DNA from: an uncultured Methanosarcinales archaeon
GTDB taxonomy: Archaea; Nanobdellota; Nanobdellia; Woesearchaeales; DSVV01
Direction of reading: 5' to 3'
Length of the DNA: 64,000 nt
Assembly (NCBI GenBank): GCA_964452935.1
Contig: CAYVNO010000001.1
Coordinates: forward strand, 25,537-89,536
The notes under the pieces: model-generated
The model's input: only the letters and a program-made list of their open reading frames with translations
Told to the model about the DNA's origin: nothing
The model's database searches: none
In this document: positions 1 through 8,465 of the stretch, piece after piece
Position numbering within the stretch: the stretch's first letter is position 1
Layout of the letters: each line of letters begins with the position of its first letter
Made by a program: the position numbers and the translations under genes

Positions 1-766
1 CACAGATGTTCCATACTATTATGATGACGGTGATGTTTCTTTAGTTCCTTCAATGGATGATGTTGAAGATAGTTTATCACAGTATATCACTAATAATCTT
101 ATGAATTGTTTAGGTGGTTTTGAGACTTTTAGAGAGATGGGATATACAATTGAGACAGGACTAATGGTTGTTGATACAAGTATTATGGAGGACAGTGTTA
201 GTGTTGTTCTAGATTACCCTGTTACTTTAAAATCAGAAACAGAGGTTAAACCTTATGAGATGTTTGTTTATCAGTATGATATTAATTTGAATACTGTTTA
301 TTCAGTAATGAACACACTTATGACTGATGTTATTACAAATCCTTATTATTCACCGTTAAGTTTAATGTTGGAGTTGGGCCAAGAACATGGTTTTCAGATT
401 GATACATTGACTTATGAAAATTCAAGAGTGTTTGTAATTCAAGATTTAGAAACACAGATACAAGGAGTTCCATTTATTTACTTATTTGCAACAAAGACTT
501 CAGGTGAGAATATAATGCCTGTAATTGAGATGGATGAGATTGTCGCAAATGTTGGAGAAGAGTTTAATGGAGAGGTTAGCGCTTTTGACAGAGAAGGAGA
601 TGTTATGATGTATTCTGTTGAAATTAATGATATTGGGTTGGCAGTGAATCCTTATTCAGGTGAGATTGAGTTTATTCCTGATACTATAGGGGAGTATACT
701 GTTATGATATTTGTTTCAGATGGTGTAGATGAAGCTTCGAAAGAAGTTACAGTGAGGGTGGTATAA
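1..766 (+). CDS. Partial CDS, with the 5' end outside the window, encoding a surface protein fragment with an Ig-like/cadherin-like (He_PIG-type) domain
   Basis: Frame 2 is open from nt 2 into the ORF at 53. The C-terminal motif ...PYSGEIEFIPDTIGEYTVMIFVSDGVDEASKEVTVRV is typical of putative Ig/cadherin-like repeats. The stop overlaps the start of the next gene (TAAATG). Confidence 0.45.
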   Translation, partial: TDVPYYYDDGDVSLVPSMDDVEDSLSQYITNNLMNCLGGFETFREMGYTIETGLMVVDTSIMEDSVSVVLDYPVTLKSETEVKPYEMFVYQYDINLNTVYSVMNTLMTDVITNPYYSPLSLMLELGQEHGFQIDTLTYENSRVFVIQDLETQIQGVPFIYLFATKTSGENIMPVIEMDEIVANVGEEFNGEVSAFDREGDVMMYSVEINDIGLAVNPYSGEIEFIPDTIGEYTVMIFVSDGVDEASKEVTVRVV

Positions 767-3748
767 ATGAAGAAATTATTAATCTTTGGAATTTTGTTTG
801 TTATAATGTTGATGGGAGTTAATGGGTTGGATTGTAGTCCTGGAGGTTATGATGAATCAAACCCACAACTTACAACTACTTGTTCACAAGCTGAGGAGTT
901 AGGGATATCTCATGTTCCAGGCGGTGTGATCATACAAGATGATGGTATGATATCTACAAATGGTGCAGATATTACTGATATGTTGGCTGAGTTAGATGGA
1001 CAGGCTCTTAATATTCAAGGTGACGCAGTTATCAGTGGACAAAAAGTTAAGATTGGTGGTACTGTGACAGTCGATGGTAGTGATATTGTAGTGGCTCAAG
1101 ATTCGTTTATGGAGCTCCCAGATGGTACAGAGATGCAGGGAGGAATTGTTGATCTTTCTGCTAAAACAGTTAGGTTAGAAGATTTTGGTACATATACAGA
1201 TGAAAGTACAGGATTAGTTGTTGCTGATAATGCTGTAATTAAATATGAGTCAGATGAGATCTCTGTTCTTGAAGGTGGAACTGCAAGTTATACTGATACA
1301 GGAGGAAGTGCTGTTGTTATTAATGGATATAGTGGGGGTGTTGGTGTGAGTTGTGCATCTGCAGGAAGTTGTACTGTTGAGACAGAGCACCAGGCTGTTG
1401 CACTTGCAGACTTTGGGCAGGATGTCGATGTATCATTTAATAATGCTGGTTTTATGGAAGTTAGTTTTAGTGCAGATGGAGGTAGGTTGACTTTACCTCC
1501 TGGAGGAGATGTTTATTTTAGTGATACTGATACTGGCAGTGCGGATTTTATGTATATTGGTGATGATGGACAGGTATTGAATTTTGATGTTGGTAAATCA
1601 TTTGATACTGTTGTGTATATACAAGGCAATCAGATTGCAATTAATGATATAAGGATTACAAATAATGAACATCATAGTGCAGATGGCGGAGTTAGTCGTA
1701 CTCTGGATTCTTCAAATACTTTGAGGGTTTACAGGGATAGTGGAGTAAATATTGAAGGGGAGTTTGATGGTGAGTTGGTAATTGATCATCCTGTTGAAGG
1801 AGGAGCTCAGGCAGTGTTGGCTAGTGGTGAGGATGTTTATTTCTCTATTGTTGATGATGAAATTTATTTAGGATTTGATTCTGTCGGCGAGGGTTCTAGG
1901 TTTGCAGATGCAACACTGAGTTATGCAGATTCATCTGGTTCAATTTCTGTTACTCCTGAAGGATCTATGTCTATGAATGGAAGGTTTAAGGTTGAGACAG
2001 ATGATGGTGTTGTTTTAGCTCTTGGTAATCCTGGTGCTGAGTCTAGTGTATATTCACATGGCGATATTCTTAGAGATGATGATGGATCTCTTGTACGTGT
2101 TGATGTAGATACAGGTTCTGCTGAATATGTTGGGAGAGTTATAGAAGGGAATGATGTTGCTTTAGAGTTTGGAGATGGAGACTTAAGGAGTGCGATTGTT
2201 TCTGACGGAATGTGTACTATTGATGATGAGAATGGTCTTGAGATGGTACATGCAGAATTTTCTGGTGATTTACAACAGATATACTTTGCAGGAAATCTTC
2301 CTTCTGAAGATGTTATGGAAAGTAGAGCTTCTGTTTATTTTGATGAACAAGGGAATTATATTGTTGGAGCAAATGCAGATAGAATGTCTATTGATAATGG
2401 TGGATCTATACAGATTGTTGAGTATGGAGATGTTAGAACAGGAAAAGGTAGTGGCTATACATCATTTTTTGTTCAACCAGAAGATGTAATGACTGTTTTT
2501 CTTCAAGATGATGATACTGCTTTGACAGCTTTTGTAGGTCAGTTAGAAGGGATGGATGATAATCAGAGAGCTGTTGCAGCAGAGTTTATGGGCGGATACC
2601 AAGATGCATTGTTGTCAGGAAGTGTTGACGATAGTGATGATGCTGTTTCGGGTACATACTCTGATGTGTTTGACATGGTAGATGATGAAGAGTTTATGGC
2701 AGCTTATATGGCTTTAGATCATAGTGGGAGGGATGAAGTTGTTAAACTTGCTGCGATGGAATATGGAGTATATGCTGAGGATGGTTATACGATGGCAGAT
2801 GCAATGGTTGGAGCTTTGGCTGATCATGAATTTTATTCTTCAGCAGATATTGATTCTGCTTGGGTTAGTAATAATCCTATTGAAGGAAGGTCTGTTGCTT
2901 ATGGTAGTAGAGATGCATTGTTACTTGGGGATGCTGTTGCTGCTTTAGATGCGGCAGGAAATATAAATGATGATGAACTTGCTGCATTGATGTTTCCTTC
3001 AGATTATCCAGAGGCAGAAGCTCAAAGGGTTGCACTAAAATATGATGGTGTTCCTTTTTCATCAGATACAGCTTTGGGATTAAGTGACCCTGTTCTTTCA
3101 GATGAGTTGGAAGATGCTGTTGCCGGTGTACAAAATATGGATAACTTTAGAGATACAATGGTTGAAATATTTGGTGACCCAGATCTGTTAAGTATGAGTA
3201 ATGATGATATTTATACAATGATTGCTGCAGATAATGGATGGGAAAATCTTCCAAGAGATCAGTTAGAAAAAAGAGTTGATAACGGGTTGGAAGGAAGAGG
3301 TTTATTTGCAAGACAGGTGCAGAGTTCAAGAGATGAGATTGTTCTTGCAGGCGGTTCATATGGTTTGCAGCAAGATTTAGATTATGCGTTGGAGCAAGCT
3401 GATGAAGTTCTTCCACCAGAGCCGTATGAATCTGGATTGAGAGCTCCTCCTGAACTTGAGTTAGGGACTATTAGTGATGTGCAAGGTATAATGAGTGCCG
3501 TAGATGGGTATGATACTGGTATAGTTGATACTAGGGTGCAAGAGAACGTACTTATACCTTATTTTGAGACTCAGGTAGAAAGAATTAATGGGCTTGTTGG
3601 TGATGGGGATATTGGTGATGCAGGAATGCAAGCAGATGCTTTAGATAGAATGCTTGAAATTTATGTATTTACTGGTGAAATCACCCAGGATGAAGCAGAT
3701 AGAATAATGGGAACGGTTCACGAGCAAGCAACCTCAGGTTTTAATTAA
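767..3748 (+). CDS. Large secreted acidic surface protein (993 aa), N-terminal signal peptide, rich in D/G/S/T/V
   Basis: The N-terminus MKKLLIFGILFVIMLMGVNG is a signal-peptide-like hydrophobic segment. The protein has very acidic, low-complexity composition. It is probably an S-layer or adhesin-like protein. Confidence 0.5.
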   Translation: MKKLLIFGILFVIMLMGVNGLDCSPGGYDESNPQLTTTCSQAEELGISHVPGGVIIQDDGMISTNGADITDMLAELDGQALNIQGDAVISGQKVKIGGTVTVDGSDIVVAQDSFMELPDGTEMQGGIVDLSAKTVRLEDFGTYTDESTGLVVADNAVIKYESDEISVLEGGTASYTDTGGSAVVINGYSGGVGVSCASAGSCTVETEHQAVALADFGQDVDVSFNNAGFMEVSFSADGGRLTLPPGGDVYFSDTDTGSADFMYIGDDGQVLNFDVGKSFDTVVYIQGNQIAINDIRITNNEHHSADGGVSRTLDSSNTLRVYRDSGVNIEGEFDGELVIDHPVEGGAQAVLASGEDVYFSIVDDEIYLGFDSVGEGSRFADATLSYADSSGSISVTPEGSMSMNGRFKVETDDGVVLALGNPGAESSVYSHGDILRDDDGSLVRVDVDTGSAEYVGRVIEGNDVALEFGDGDLRSAIVSDGMCTIDDENGLEMVHAEFSGDLQQIYFAGNLPSEDVMESRASVYFDEQGNYIVGANADRMSIDNGGSIQIVEYGDVRTGKGSGYTSFFVQPEDVMTVFLQDDDTALTAFVGQLEGMDDNQRAVAAEFMGGYQDALLSGSVDDSDDAVSGTYSDVFDMVDDEEFMAAYMALDHSGRDEVVKLAAMEYGVYAEDGYTMADAMVGALADHEFYSSADIDSAWVSNNPIEGRSVAYGSRDALLLGDAVAALDAAGNINDDELAALMFPSDYPEAEAQRVALKYDGVPFSSDTALGLSDPVLSDELEDAVAGVQNMDNFRDTMVEIFGDPDLLSMSNDDIYTMIAADNGWENLPRDQLEKRVDNGLEGRGLFARQVQSSRDEIVLAGGSYGLQQDLDYALEQADEVLPPEPYESGLRAPPELELGTISDVQGIMSAVDGYDTGIVDTRVQENVLIPYFETQVERINGLVGDGDIGDAGMQADALDRMLEIYVFTGEITQDEADRIMGTVHEQATSGFN

Positions 3749-3776
3749 TTTTTTATTTTTCTTTTTAAATATTTCT
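3749..3776 (+). terminator. T-rich tract downstream of the surface protein gene (archaeal oligo-T terminator candidate)
   Basis: The sequence ttaattaattttttatttttctttttaaa follows the stop codon directly. Confidence 0.35.
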
Positions 3777-3827
3777 GGTAATCTTTATATAGTAGTGTAA
3801 CTTCCTAGGAGTAAGTGGGGGGATAGT

Positions 3828-4355
3828 TTGGGAAGGATATATGGGATAGCGTTTGCATTGTTTTTAGGTGTTTTATATTCAGGAGATGTTAATGCAGATA
3901 CTGTTGAGTCTGAGTCAGGTGCTAATGGAGCTAGTTCAGAATGTATTGAAGATTGTTTAACTATTTCTATTAGAAAAACTGATGATGTTAGCGGTTTAAT
4001 AGAATTATACAATGGAAATGAGTTAGTGGATAGTTATGATATCTCTCATGGGGGTGCTTTGACACCTGAAGGAGAGTATAGGGTTACTGACGTGAATCGT
4101 AGAACTGCAGGTTGGTATCAGTCGATTATTCTTACGTCTGAGGATGGTGTTGAAGTTGCTATGCATGGTTTGTACCAAGGTACATCAAGTAGTATGCCAA
4201 GAAAAGGGGAGAGAACTGCTGGTTGTGTCATGTTAGAAGAGGTTGATAATGTTATTCGTTTTCTTGATCAATATTTTGGTGGTTTAGATGAACAAGGAGA
4301 TCATCATTACACATTACCTAGACCTAATGCTGTTAGAGTGGAAATAAGTAGGTAA
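3828..4355 (+). CDS. Secreted protein with an L,D-transpeptidase (YkuD)-like catalytic motif
   Basis: There is a signal peptide, MGRIYGIAFALFLGVLYSGDVNA. The motif ...VAMHGLYQGTSSS...TAGCVML resembles the His / Ser-x-Gly-Cys catalytic signature of YkuD domains. Confidence 0.4.
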   Translation: MGRIYGIAFALFLGVLYSGDVNADTVESESGANGASSECIEDCLTISIRKTDDVSGLIELYNGNELVDSYDISHGGALTPEGEYRVTDVNRRTAGWYQSIILTSEDGVEVAMHGLYQGTSSSMPRKGERTAGCVMLEEVDNVIRFLDQYFGGLDEQGDHHYTLPRPNAVRVEISR

Positions 4356-4460
4356 AATTGAAAACATTCAAACTTAAGGCAAGCTTAAGTAGAGTATTTC
4401 CATTAAAATTGAAAACATTTATAAACCAACTCTTAATCTGTATATAAATAGAGTTCCCGT
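4354..4460 (+). promoter_or_regulatory. Leader/promoter region of the L1-L10-L12 operon, with two 15-nt direct repeats flanking a 7-bp palindrome, followed by TATA-like boxes
   Basis: The repeat aaaattgaaaacatt occurs at 4354-4368 and again at 4405-4419. The palindrome acttaag-gcaag-cttaagt lies at 4371-4389. TATA-like tttataaa and tatataaata boxes lie 40-80 nt upstream of the L1 start. Confidence 0.35.
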
Positions 4461-4504
4461 GAACTATTTGCCTTTAATGGTTGATAGGAGGGTGGAGGAA
4501 AAGA

Positions 4505-5155
4505 ATGGATAAAAATAAGCTTCAAAATGCGCTTAAAAAGGTAAAAGAGAGCGCAAATAAGCGTAATTTCAAGCAAAGTTATGATTTAGTGGTTTCTTTA
4601 CAGAATTTAAACCTTAAAAAGCCAGATCAGCATGTAGATAAGTATGCTAGTCTTCATTATGGAACTGGAAAAAAGAAGAAAATATGTGCTTTTGTGGGTC
4701 CAGAATTGAAGGACGAGGCTTCAAAAGTATGTGATTTAGTTATTATACAAGATGATTTTCAAAAATATTCTGATAAAAAGAAGGCTAAGGATTTAGCAAA
4801 GGAATATGATTATTTTATAGCTCAGGCCAATATTATGGCAAAGGTTGCTACTAGTTTTGGTAAGATTTTAGGTACAAGGGGAAAGATGCCAAATCCAAAG
4901 GCAGGGTGTGTTGTACCTCCAAAGGCTAATTTGAAACCTCTTTATGATAAATTACAGAAAACAGTAAGAGTTATGGTAAAGACTCAACCACAGTTTCAGT
5001 GTATTATTGGGAATGAGGATTCAAAAGATGAAGAGTTATTAGATAATGCTGAAACAATTTTGAAGCAATTAAAAAACGCTTTACCAAATCATGAAGCAAA
5101 TATTAAAGCAGTTTATCTTAAATTATCAATGTCAAAACCAGTGAAGGTAAAATAA
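4505..5155 (+). CDS. rpl1: 50S ribosomal protein L1
   Basis: The protein MDKNKLQNALKKVKESANKRNFKQSYDLVVSLQNL...GTRGKMPNPKAG matches archaeal L1. A GGAGG SD lies at 4488-4499, which places the likely start at 4505 rather than the first in-frame ATG at 4481. Confidence 0.85.
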   Translation: MDKNKLQNALKKVKESANKRNFKQSYDLVVSLQNLNLKKPDQHVDKYASLHYGTGKKKKICAFVGPELKDEASKVCDLVIIQDDFQKYSDKKKAKDLAKEYDYFIAQANIMAKVATSFGKILGTRGKMPNPKAGCVVPPKANLKPLYDKLQKTVRVMVKTQPQFQCIIGNEDSKDEELLDNAETILKQLKNALPNHEANIKAVYLKLSMSKPVKVK

Positions 5156-5156
5156 A

Positions 5157-6017
5157 ATGGCTCCAAAAGCAATAATTTCACCAGAAAAGAAGAAAGTTGT
5201 AAAAGAGTTTGTGAAATTACTAGAGGAATATCCTATTGTTGGGGCTGTAAATATGGAGAATCTTCCTACAAAACAACTTCAGAACATGAGAGCTCAGTTA
5301 AGGGGCACTGTTGTTATGAAGATGACAAAGAGGAGATTGATTAGGATAGCGATTGAGAGTGTTAAAGATAAGAAAAAAGGTGTTGAAGAGTTAATACCTT
5401 GTTTGAAAGGAATGCCAGCATTACTTTTTACAAAAGAAAACCCGTTTATATTATATAAAAAATTACAAAAAAATAAATCAACAGCACCTGCTAAAGCGGG
5501 TCAGACAGCACCAAAAGAGATTGTTGTTAAAGCAGGACCAACACCTTTTGCTCCAGGTCCGGTTATTGGAGAGTTAGGTGCAGCAGGAATAAAAGCAGGT
5601 ATTGATGGTGGAAAGGTAGTAATCAAAGCAGACTCAGTTGTAGCAAAAGAAGGAGATGTTATTGATGCAAAACTTGCTGGGTTATTGACTAGATTGGGTA
5701 TTGAACCAATGGAAATTGGTTTAGATATAACGGCTGTTTATGAAGATGGTTCAATATTTACTAGAGATGTTTTAGCTGTTGATGAAGAAGAATATGTAAA
5801 CAATGTTTCACAGGCAAGCAAATGGGCATTTAATTTGGCTGTGGAAGCAGGAATAATGACGACAGAAACTACAGAGTTCATGGTACAGAAAGCATTTAAG
5901 GATGCAAAGAGTTTAGCAGGAGAAGCAAATATTTTATGCAGTGCGACTGTCAATGATGTTTTGGCAAAAGCAAATGCGCAAGCAGCTTCATTAAAGAGTG
6001 AGGCGAAGTTAGATTAA
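5157..6017 (+). CDS. rpl10: 50S ribosomal protein L10 (acidic ribosomal protein P0)
   Basis: MAPKAIISPEKKKVVKEFVKLLEEYPIVGAVNMENLPTKQLQNMRAQLRG is a typical archaeal P0 N-terminus. The gene lies 2 nt after the L1 stop. Confidence 0.85.
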   Translation: MAPKAIISPEKKKVVKEFVKLLEEYPIVGAVNMENLPTKQLQNMRAQLRGTVVMKMTKRRLIRIAIESVKDKKKGVEELIPCLKGMPALLFTKENPFILYKKLQKNKSTAPAKAGQTAPKEIVVKAGPTPFAPGPVIGELGAAGIKAGIDGGKVVIKADSVVAKEGDVIDAKLAGLLTRLGIEPMEIGLDITAVYEDGSIFTRDVLAVDEEEYVNNVSQASKWAFNLAVEAGIMTTETTEFMVQKAFKDAKSLAGEANILCSATVNDVLAKANAQAASLKSEAKLD

Positions 6018-6060
6018 TAATCCTTATTTAATGGATTAATGGTTACGGAGGATGAATAAA

Positions 6061-6375
6061 ATGGAATATGTGTACACGGCAATGTTGATTCACAAAGCAG
6101 GTGGCAAAGTTGATGAAGCTACTGTTAAAAAAGTTTTAGAGGCTGCAGGTGTTAAACCTGATGAAGCAAGAGTAAAAGCTTTAGTTGCAGCACTTGATGG
6201 CGTTAATATTGATGAAGCTATTGAAAAAGCAGCATCAGTTCAGGTTGCAGCAGCAGCTCCAGCAGGAGACGCAGCTCCAGCAGCAGAAGCTAAGAAAGAA
6301 GATAAGAAACCAGCTGCAGAAGAAAAGAAGTCAGATGAACAAGCAGCAGCAGGACTTGGCTCATTGTTTGGGTAG
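6061..6375 (+). CDS. rpl12: 50S ribosomal protein L12 (P1 stalk protein)
   Basis: The protein runs [30 protein letters not shown]...[17 protein letters not shown]. It has an Ala/Glu/Lys-rich hinge and a conserved GLGxLFG C-terminus. A GGAGG lies 11 nt upstream of 6061, whereas the ORF-track ATG at 6052 is too close to the SD. Confidence 0.85.
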   Translation: MEYVYTAMLIHKAGGKVDEATVKKVLEAAGVKPDEARVKALVAALDGVNIDEAIEKAASVQVAAAAPAGDAAPAAEAKKEDKKPAAEEKKSDEQAAAGLGSLFG

Positions 6376-6376
6376 A

Positions 6377-6396
6377 GTGTTAAGCAAGCTTAACAC
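6377..6396 (+). terminator. Perfect palindromic hairpin immediately after the L12 stop
   Basis: The sequence gtgttaagc-aa-gcttaacac has 9-nt inverted arms and is followed by tttgagcc. Confidence 0.4.
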
Positions 6397-6485
6397 TTTG
6401 AGCCTCCCCATATTTACTGTAACATGGGATTGGCCCGCCCCGACAACTGATTGATCACCTAGCAGAATTGACCAATAAGTGATTT

Positions 6486-6510
6486 GGTGTTTCTAAACAC
6501 CTTTTTTGTT
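6486..6510 (+). terminator. Hairpin plus T-run (intrinsic-terminator-like) at the end of the L1-L10-L12 operon
   Basis: The stem-loop ggtgttt-cta-aacacc is followed by ttttttgtttt. Confidence 0.45.
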
Positions 6511-6524
6511 TTCAACGATAGTAT

Positions 6525-7433
6525 GTGAGGAATATGTTAGATAAAGATAAGAAAAAGGAACTGTTAAATCAGCTCAACGAGAAAAAGAAGAAGATTCTAG
6601 ATCTAAAATCAAAACTTAATGAACTGAATGATCAAAAAGAGCATTGGTTTCATAAGAAAGAAGAGATTTCTAAGAAAATAAGGTCACATATATCGACTAT
6701 TAAGAATTCTAAAAGAGAAAGAAATGTATTTACTAAACAGGTTAAAGATTCTAAAGGTAAAAGAGAGGATCTAAATAAACAGATAAAAGATAAGATTAAT
6801 GAAGTAAAGAAATTAAATAAAGAAAAGAAAGATATTGCTACAAAATATGGTATTGAAGGAGATCCTTCTGCTTTAAAATCTCAGATAAATAAATTAGAAC
6901 AAAAGATTGAGACAGAGCCTATGTCATTTGATAATGAAAGAAAGATAATGAAGAAGATAAAAGAGATGAAGAAAAAATATGATGAGGCTTTGAAAGTAAG
7001 TAATGTCTGGAAAAAGATTCATGATGTTTCAAAGGATATTGATAAGTTGAAGAGGAAAGCTGATTCATCTCATAAATCTATACAATCAAAAGCGAAGGAT
7101 TCTCAAGAGAAACATGAAGAGATGGTTGGTGCTTCTAAAGAAGTAAATGATCTTAAAAAGAAAGAAGAGGAAGCGTATAAGAAATTTCTTGATTTTAAAG
7201 CACAATTTACAAAACTTAATAATGAGTTAAAGGAACTACTTCCAGGTATAAATAAGATTAGAGGAGATTTAGACTTAGATAAAAAAGAAGCAAAGAAAAT
7301 AAAAGAGTTAAAGAAACAGAAAACATTGGATGAGAAAAGAAAGGAAGTACAAGATAAATTGAGTTCTGGTAAAAAAATTACATTAACTACTGAAGATTTG
7401 TTAGCATTTCAAGGAATGCAAGATAAAAAATAA
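6525..7433 (+). CDS. Hypothetical Lys/Glu-rich coiled-coil protein
   Basis: The 302-aa protein is K/E-rich low-complexity with heptad character. No recognisable catalytic motif was found. Confidence 0.45.
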   Translation: MRNMLDKDKKKELLNQLNEKKKKILDLKSKLNELNDQKEHWFHKKEEISKKIRSHISTIKNSKRERNVFTKQVKDSKGKREDLNKQIKDKINEVKKLNKEKKDIATKYGIEGDPSALKSQINKLEQKIETEPMSFDNERKIMKKIKEMKKKYDEALKVSNVWKKIHDVSKDIDKLKRKADSSHKSIQSKAKDSQEKHEEMVGASKEVNDLKKKEEEAYKKFLDFKAQFTKLNNELKELLPGINKIRGDLDLDKKEAKKIKELKKQKTLDEKRKEVQDKLSSGKKITLTTEDLLAFQGMQDKK

Positions 7434-7438
7434 AAGAA

Positions 7439-7618
7439 TTATAATTTCTCCATGAAGCTACATTTGCCACATGTTCTTCTGTTTTTGTGTTCTGCCATGA
7501 ATACGCCAGCACCACATTTTGGACAAGGTTTATTCTTTCTTACTGCTTTTTCTCCCTCTACTTTGTATGTTGTCCATATTTGAGAAGGTTTTTTCTCTGC
7601 TTTTTTCTTTTTTCCCAT
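7439..7618 (-). CDS. rps27ae: 30S ribosomal protein S27ae (eS31), C4 zinc ribbon
   Basis: This 59-aa ORF is absent from the ORF track because it is below 60 aa. Manual translation gives MGKKKKAEKKPSQIWTTYKVEGEKAVRKNKPCPKCGAGVFMAEHKNRRTCGKCSFMEKL, which contains CPKCG...CGKC. It has a GGAGGTGA SD and sits immediately downstream of S24e, the conserved pairing. Confidence 0.8.
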   Translation of the reverse strand: MGKKKKAEKKPSQIWTTYKVEGEKAVRKNKPCPKCGAGVFMAEHKNRRTCGKCSFMEKL

Positions 7619-7620
7619 TT

Positions 7621-7639
7621 AATTCACCTCCGGTGAATT
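7621..7639 (-). promoter_or_regulatory. Palindromic element embedding the Shine-Dalgarno of rps27ae
   Basis: The plus-strand sequence aattcacc-tcc-ggtgaatt has an 8-bp stem. On the mRNA the GGAGGUGA SD lies in the loop and 3' arm, and the start codon is 4 nt downstream. Confidence 0.4.
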
Positions 7640-7682
7640 CTAATTTTCACGTTTCGCGAAAATTTAATTTGTCTTTTTATTT

Positions 7683-8159
7683 TTATTCACCTTTTGGTTC
7701 TTCCTTTGGTTTCTCTTCCTTCTTCTCTTCAGGCTTTACTTCTTCTTTTGGTGTCTCTGCTGGTTTTTCCTCTGCTTTTGGTTCTTCTTTCTCTTCAGGC
7801 TTTACTTCTTCTTTTGGTGTCTCTTCGGGCTTCACTTCTTCTTTTGGTTTAGGTGCTTCTGTCTTTTCTTCCTTCTTCTCTTGTTTTGTATGTTTTTTTA
7901 TTAGTGTTTCTAACTCAAGTGTTTTCATTGCTTTTTCGTCTTTATAGACGTGACAAATTACTTTTGCTTTTTTTGAACCATATCTTTGGTAAATATGTCT
8001 GATAACCACTAAATTAGGATCTGCAGAAACTTTTTTTGCAACTAATTCTTTTAATTCTAACCTTGAAGGGGTTTTTCCTTCAAAATATGCCATTGCACTC
8101 ACTCTTTGTCTTGATAAGAGTGGTGTGTCTTTCTTTTTTAGAATCTCTATGTCTTTCAT
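7683..8159 (-). CDS. rps24e: 30S ribosomal protein S24e with an unusual C-terminal K/P/E-rich repeat tail
   Basis: The N-terminal ~100 aa, MKDIEILKKKDTPLLSRQRVSAMAYFEGKTPSRLELKELVAKKVSADPNLVVIRHIYQRYGSKKAKVICHVY..., match S24e. The C-terminal ~60 aa are (EEVKPEE/KPKEE)n repeats, encoded by DNA tandem repeats at about 7683-7870. Confidence 0.8.
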   Translation of the reverse strand: MKDIEILKKKDTPLLSRQRVSAMAYFEGKTPSRLELKELVAKKVSADPNLVVIRHIYQRYGSKKAKVICHVYKDEKAMKTLELETLIKKHTKQEKKEEKTEAPKPKEEVKPEETPKEEVKPEEKEEPKAEEKPAETPKEEVKPEEKKEEKPKEEPKGE

Positions 8160-8170
8160 TTATATCACCA

Positions 8171-8359
8171 TTATCTCGCTTTTATAGCGTATTCTCCGTT
8201 AACATTAATTCCTATCTTTTGTGAAATCATTGATTTTTCTGTATTGATGATATTCACTCTTCCTTGCCAGTTGGTTGAGAATTGTTTTGATTTACAAATT
8301 GGGCATGTGTCTCCGTCAACAAATACCTTGCATTTTTTACATACTTTTTTCTTTGCCAT
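8171..8359 (-). CDS. spt4: Transcription elongation factor Spt4 / RNA polymerase subunit E''
   Basis: MAKKKVCKKCKVFVDGDTCPICKSKQFSTNWQGRVNIINTEKSMISQKIGINVNGEYAIKAR carries a C4 zinc ribbon and the Spt4 NGN-binding region. It lies between rpoE' and S24e, as in the conserved archaeal cluster. Confidence 0.8.
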   Translation of the reverse strand: MAKKKVCKKCKVFVDGDTCPICKSKQFSTNWQGRVNIINTEKSMISQKIGINVNGEYAIKAR

Positions 8360-8361
8360 TT

Positions 8362-8380
8362 AATTTACCTCCGGTAAATT
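8362..8380 (-). promoter_or_regulatory. Palindromic element embedding the Shine-Dalgarno of spt4 (paralogous to 7621-7639)
   Basis: The sequence aatttacc-tcc-ggtaaatt is the same architecture as the rps27ae element, with compensatory changes that preserve the 8-bp stem. Confidence 0.4.
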
Positions 8381-8465
8381 CCAAATTCCACTTTGTAGAA
8401 TTTGATTTCCCTCCGGAAAATTGTAAAATTTCACTGCGTAAAATTTTTAATTACGTCTTGAAAAT

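Noticed and set aside
2190-3416. Several short ORFs on both strands (2190-2489, 2724-2948, 2877-3062, 3147-3416)
   Set aside because: All are embedded within the 993-aa surface protein gene, in other frames or on the other strand. They have no independent signals and are spurious.
6185-6454. Plus-strand ORF encoding a Q/L/K-rich 89-aa peptide
   Set aside because: It is an alternate-frame overlap of rpl12 running into the terminator hairpins. It is a translation artifact of the Ala/Glu/Lys-rich P1 hinge.
7683-7870. Tandem direct repeats considered as a possible CRISPR array
   Set aside because: The repeats are in-frame coding repeats of the S24e tail, contiguous without spacers, with no repeat-spacer periodicity. 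No CRISPR array or cas genes are seen anywhere in the window.
7519-7947. Plus-strand ORF (142 aa, Ser/Phe-rich) from the six-frame track
   Set aside because: It lies antisense to rps24e and its repeat tail. Its low-complexity composition mirrors the K/E/P repeats on the coding strand, so it is a shadow ORF.
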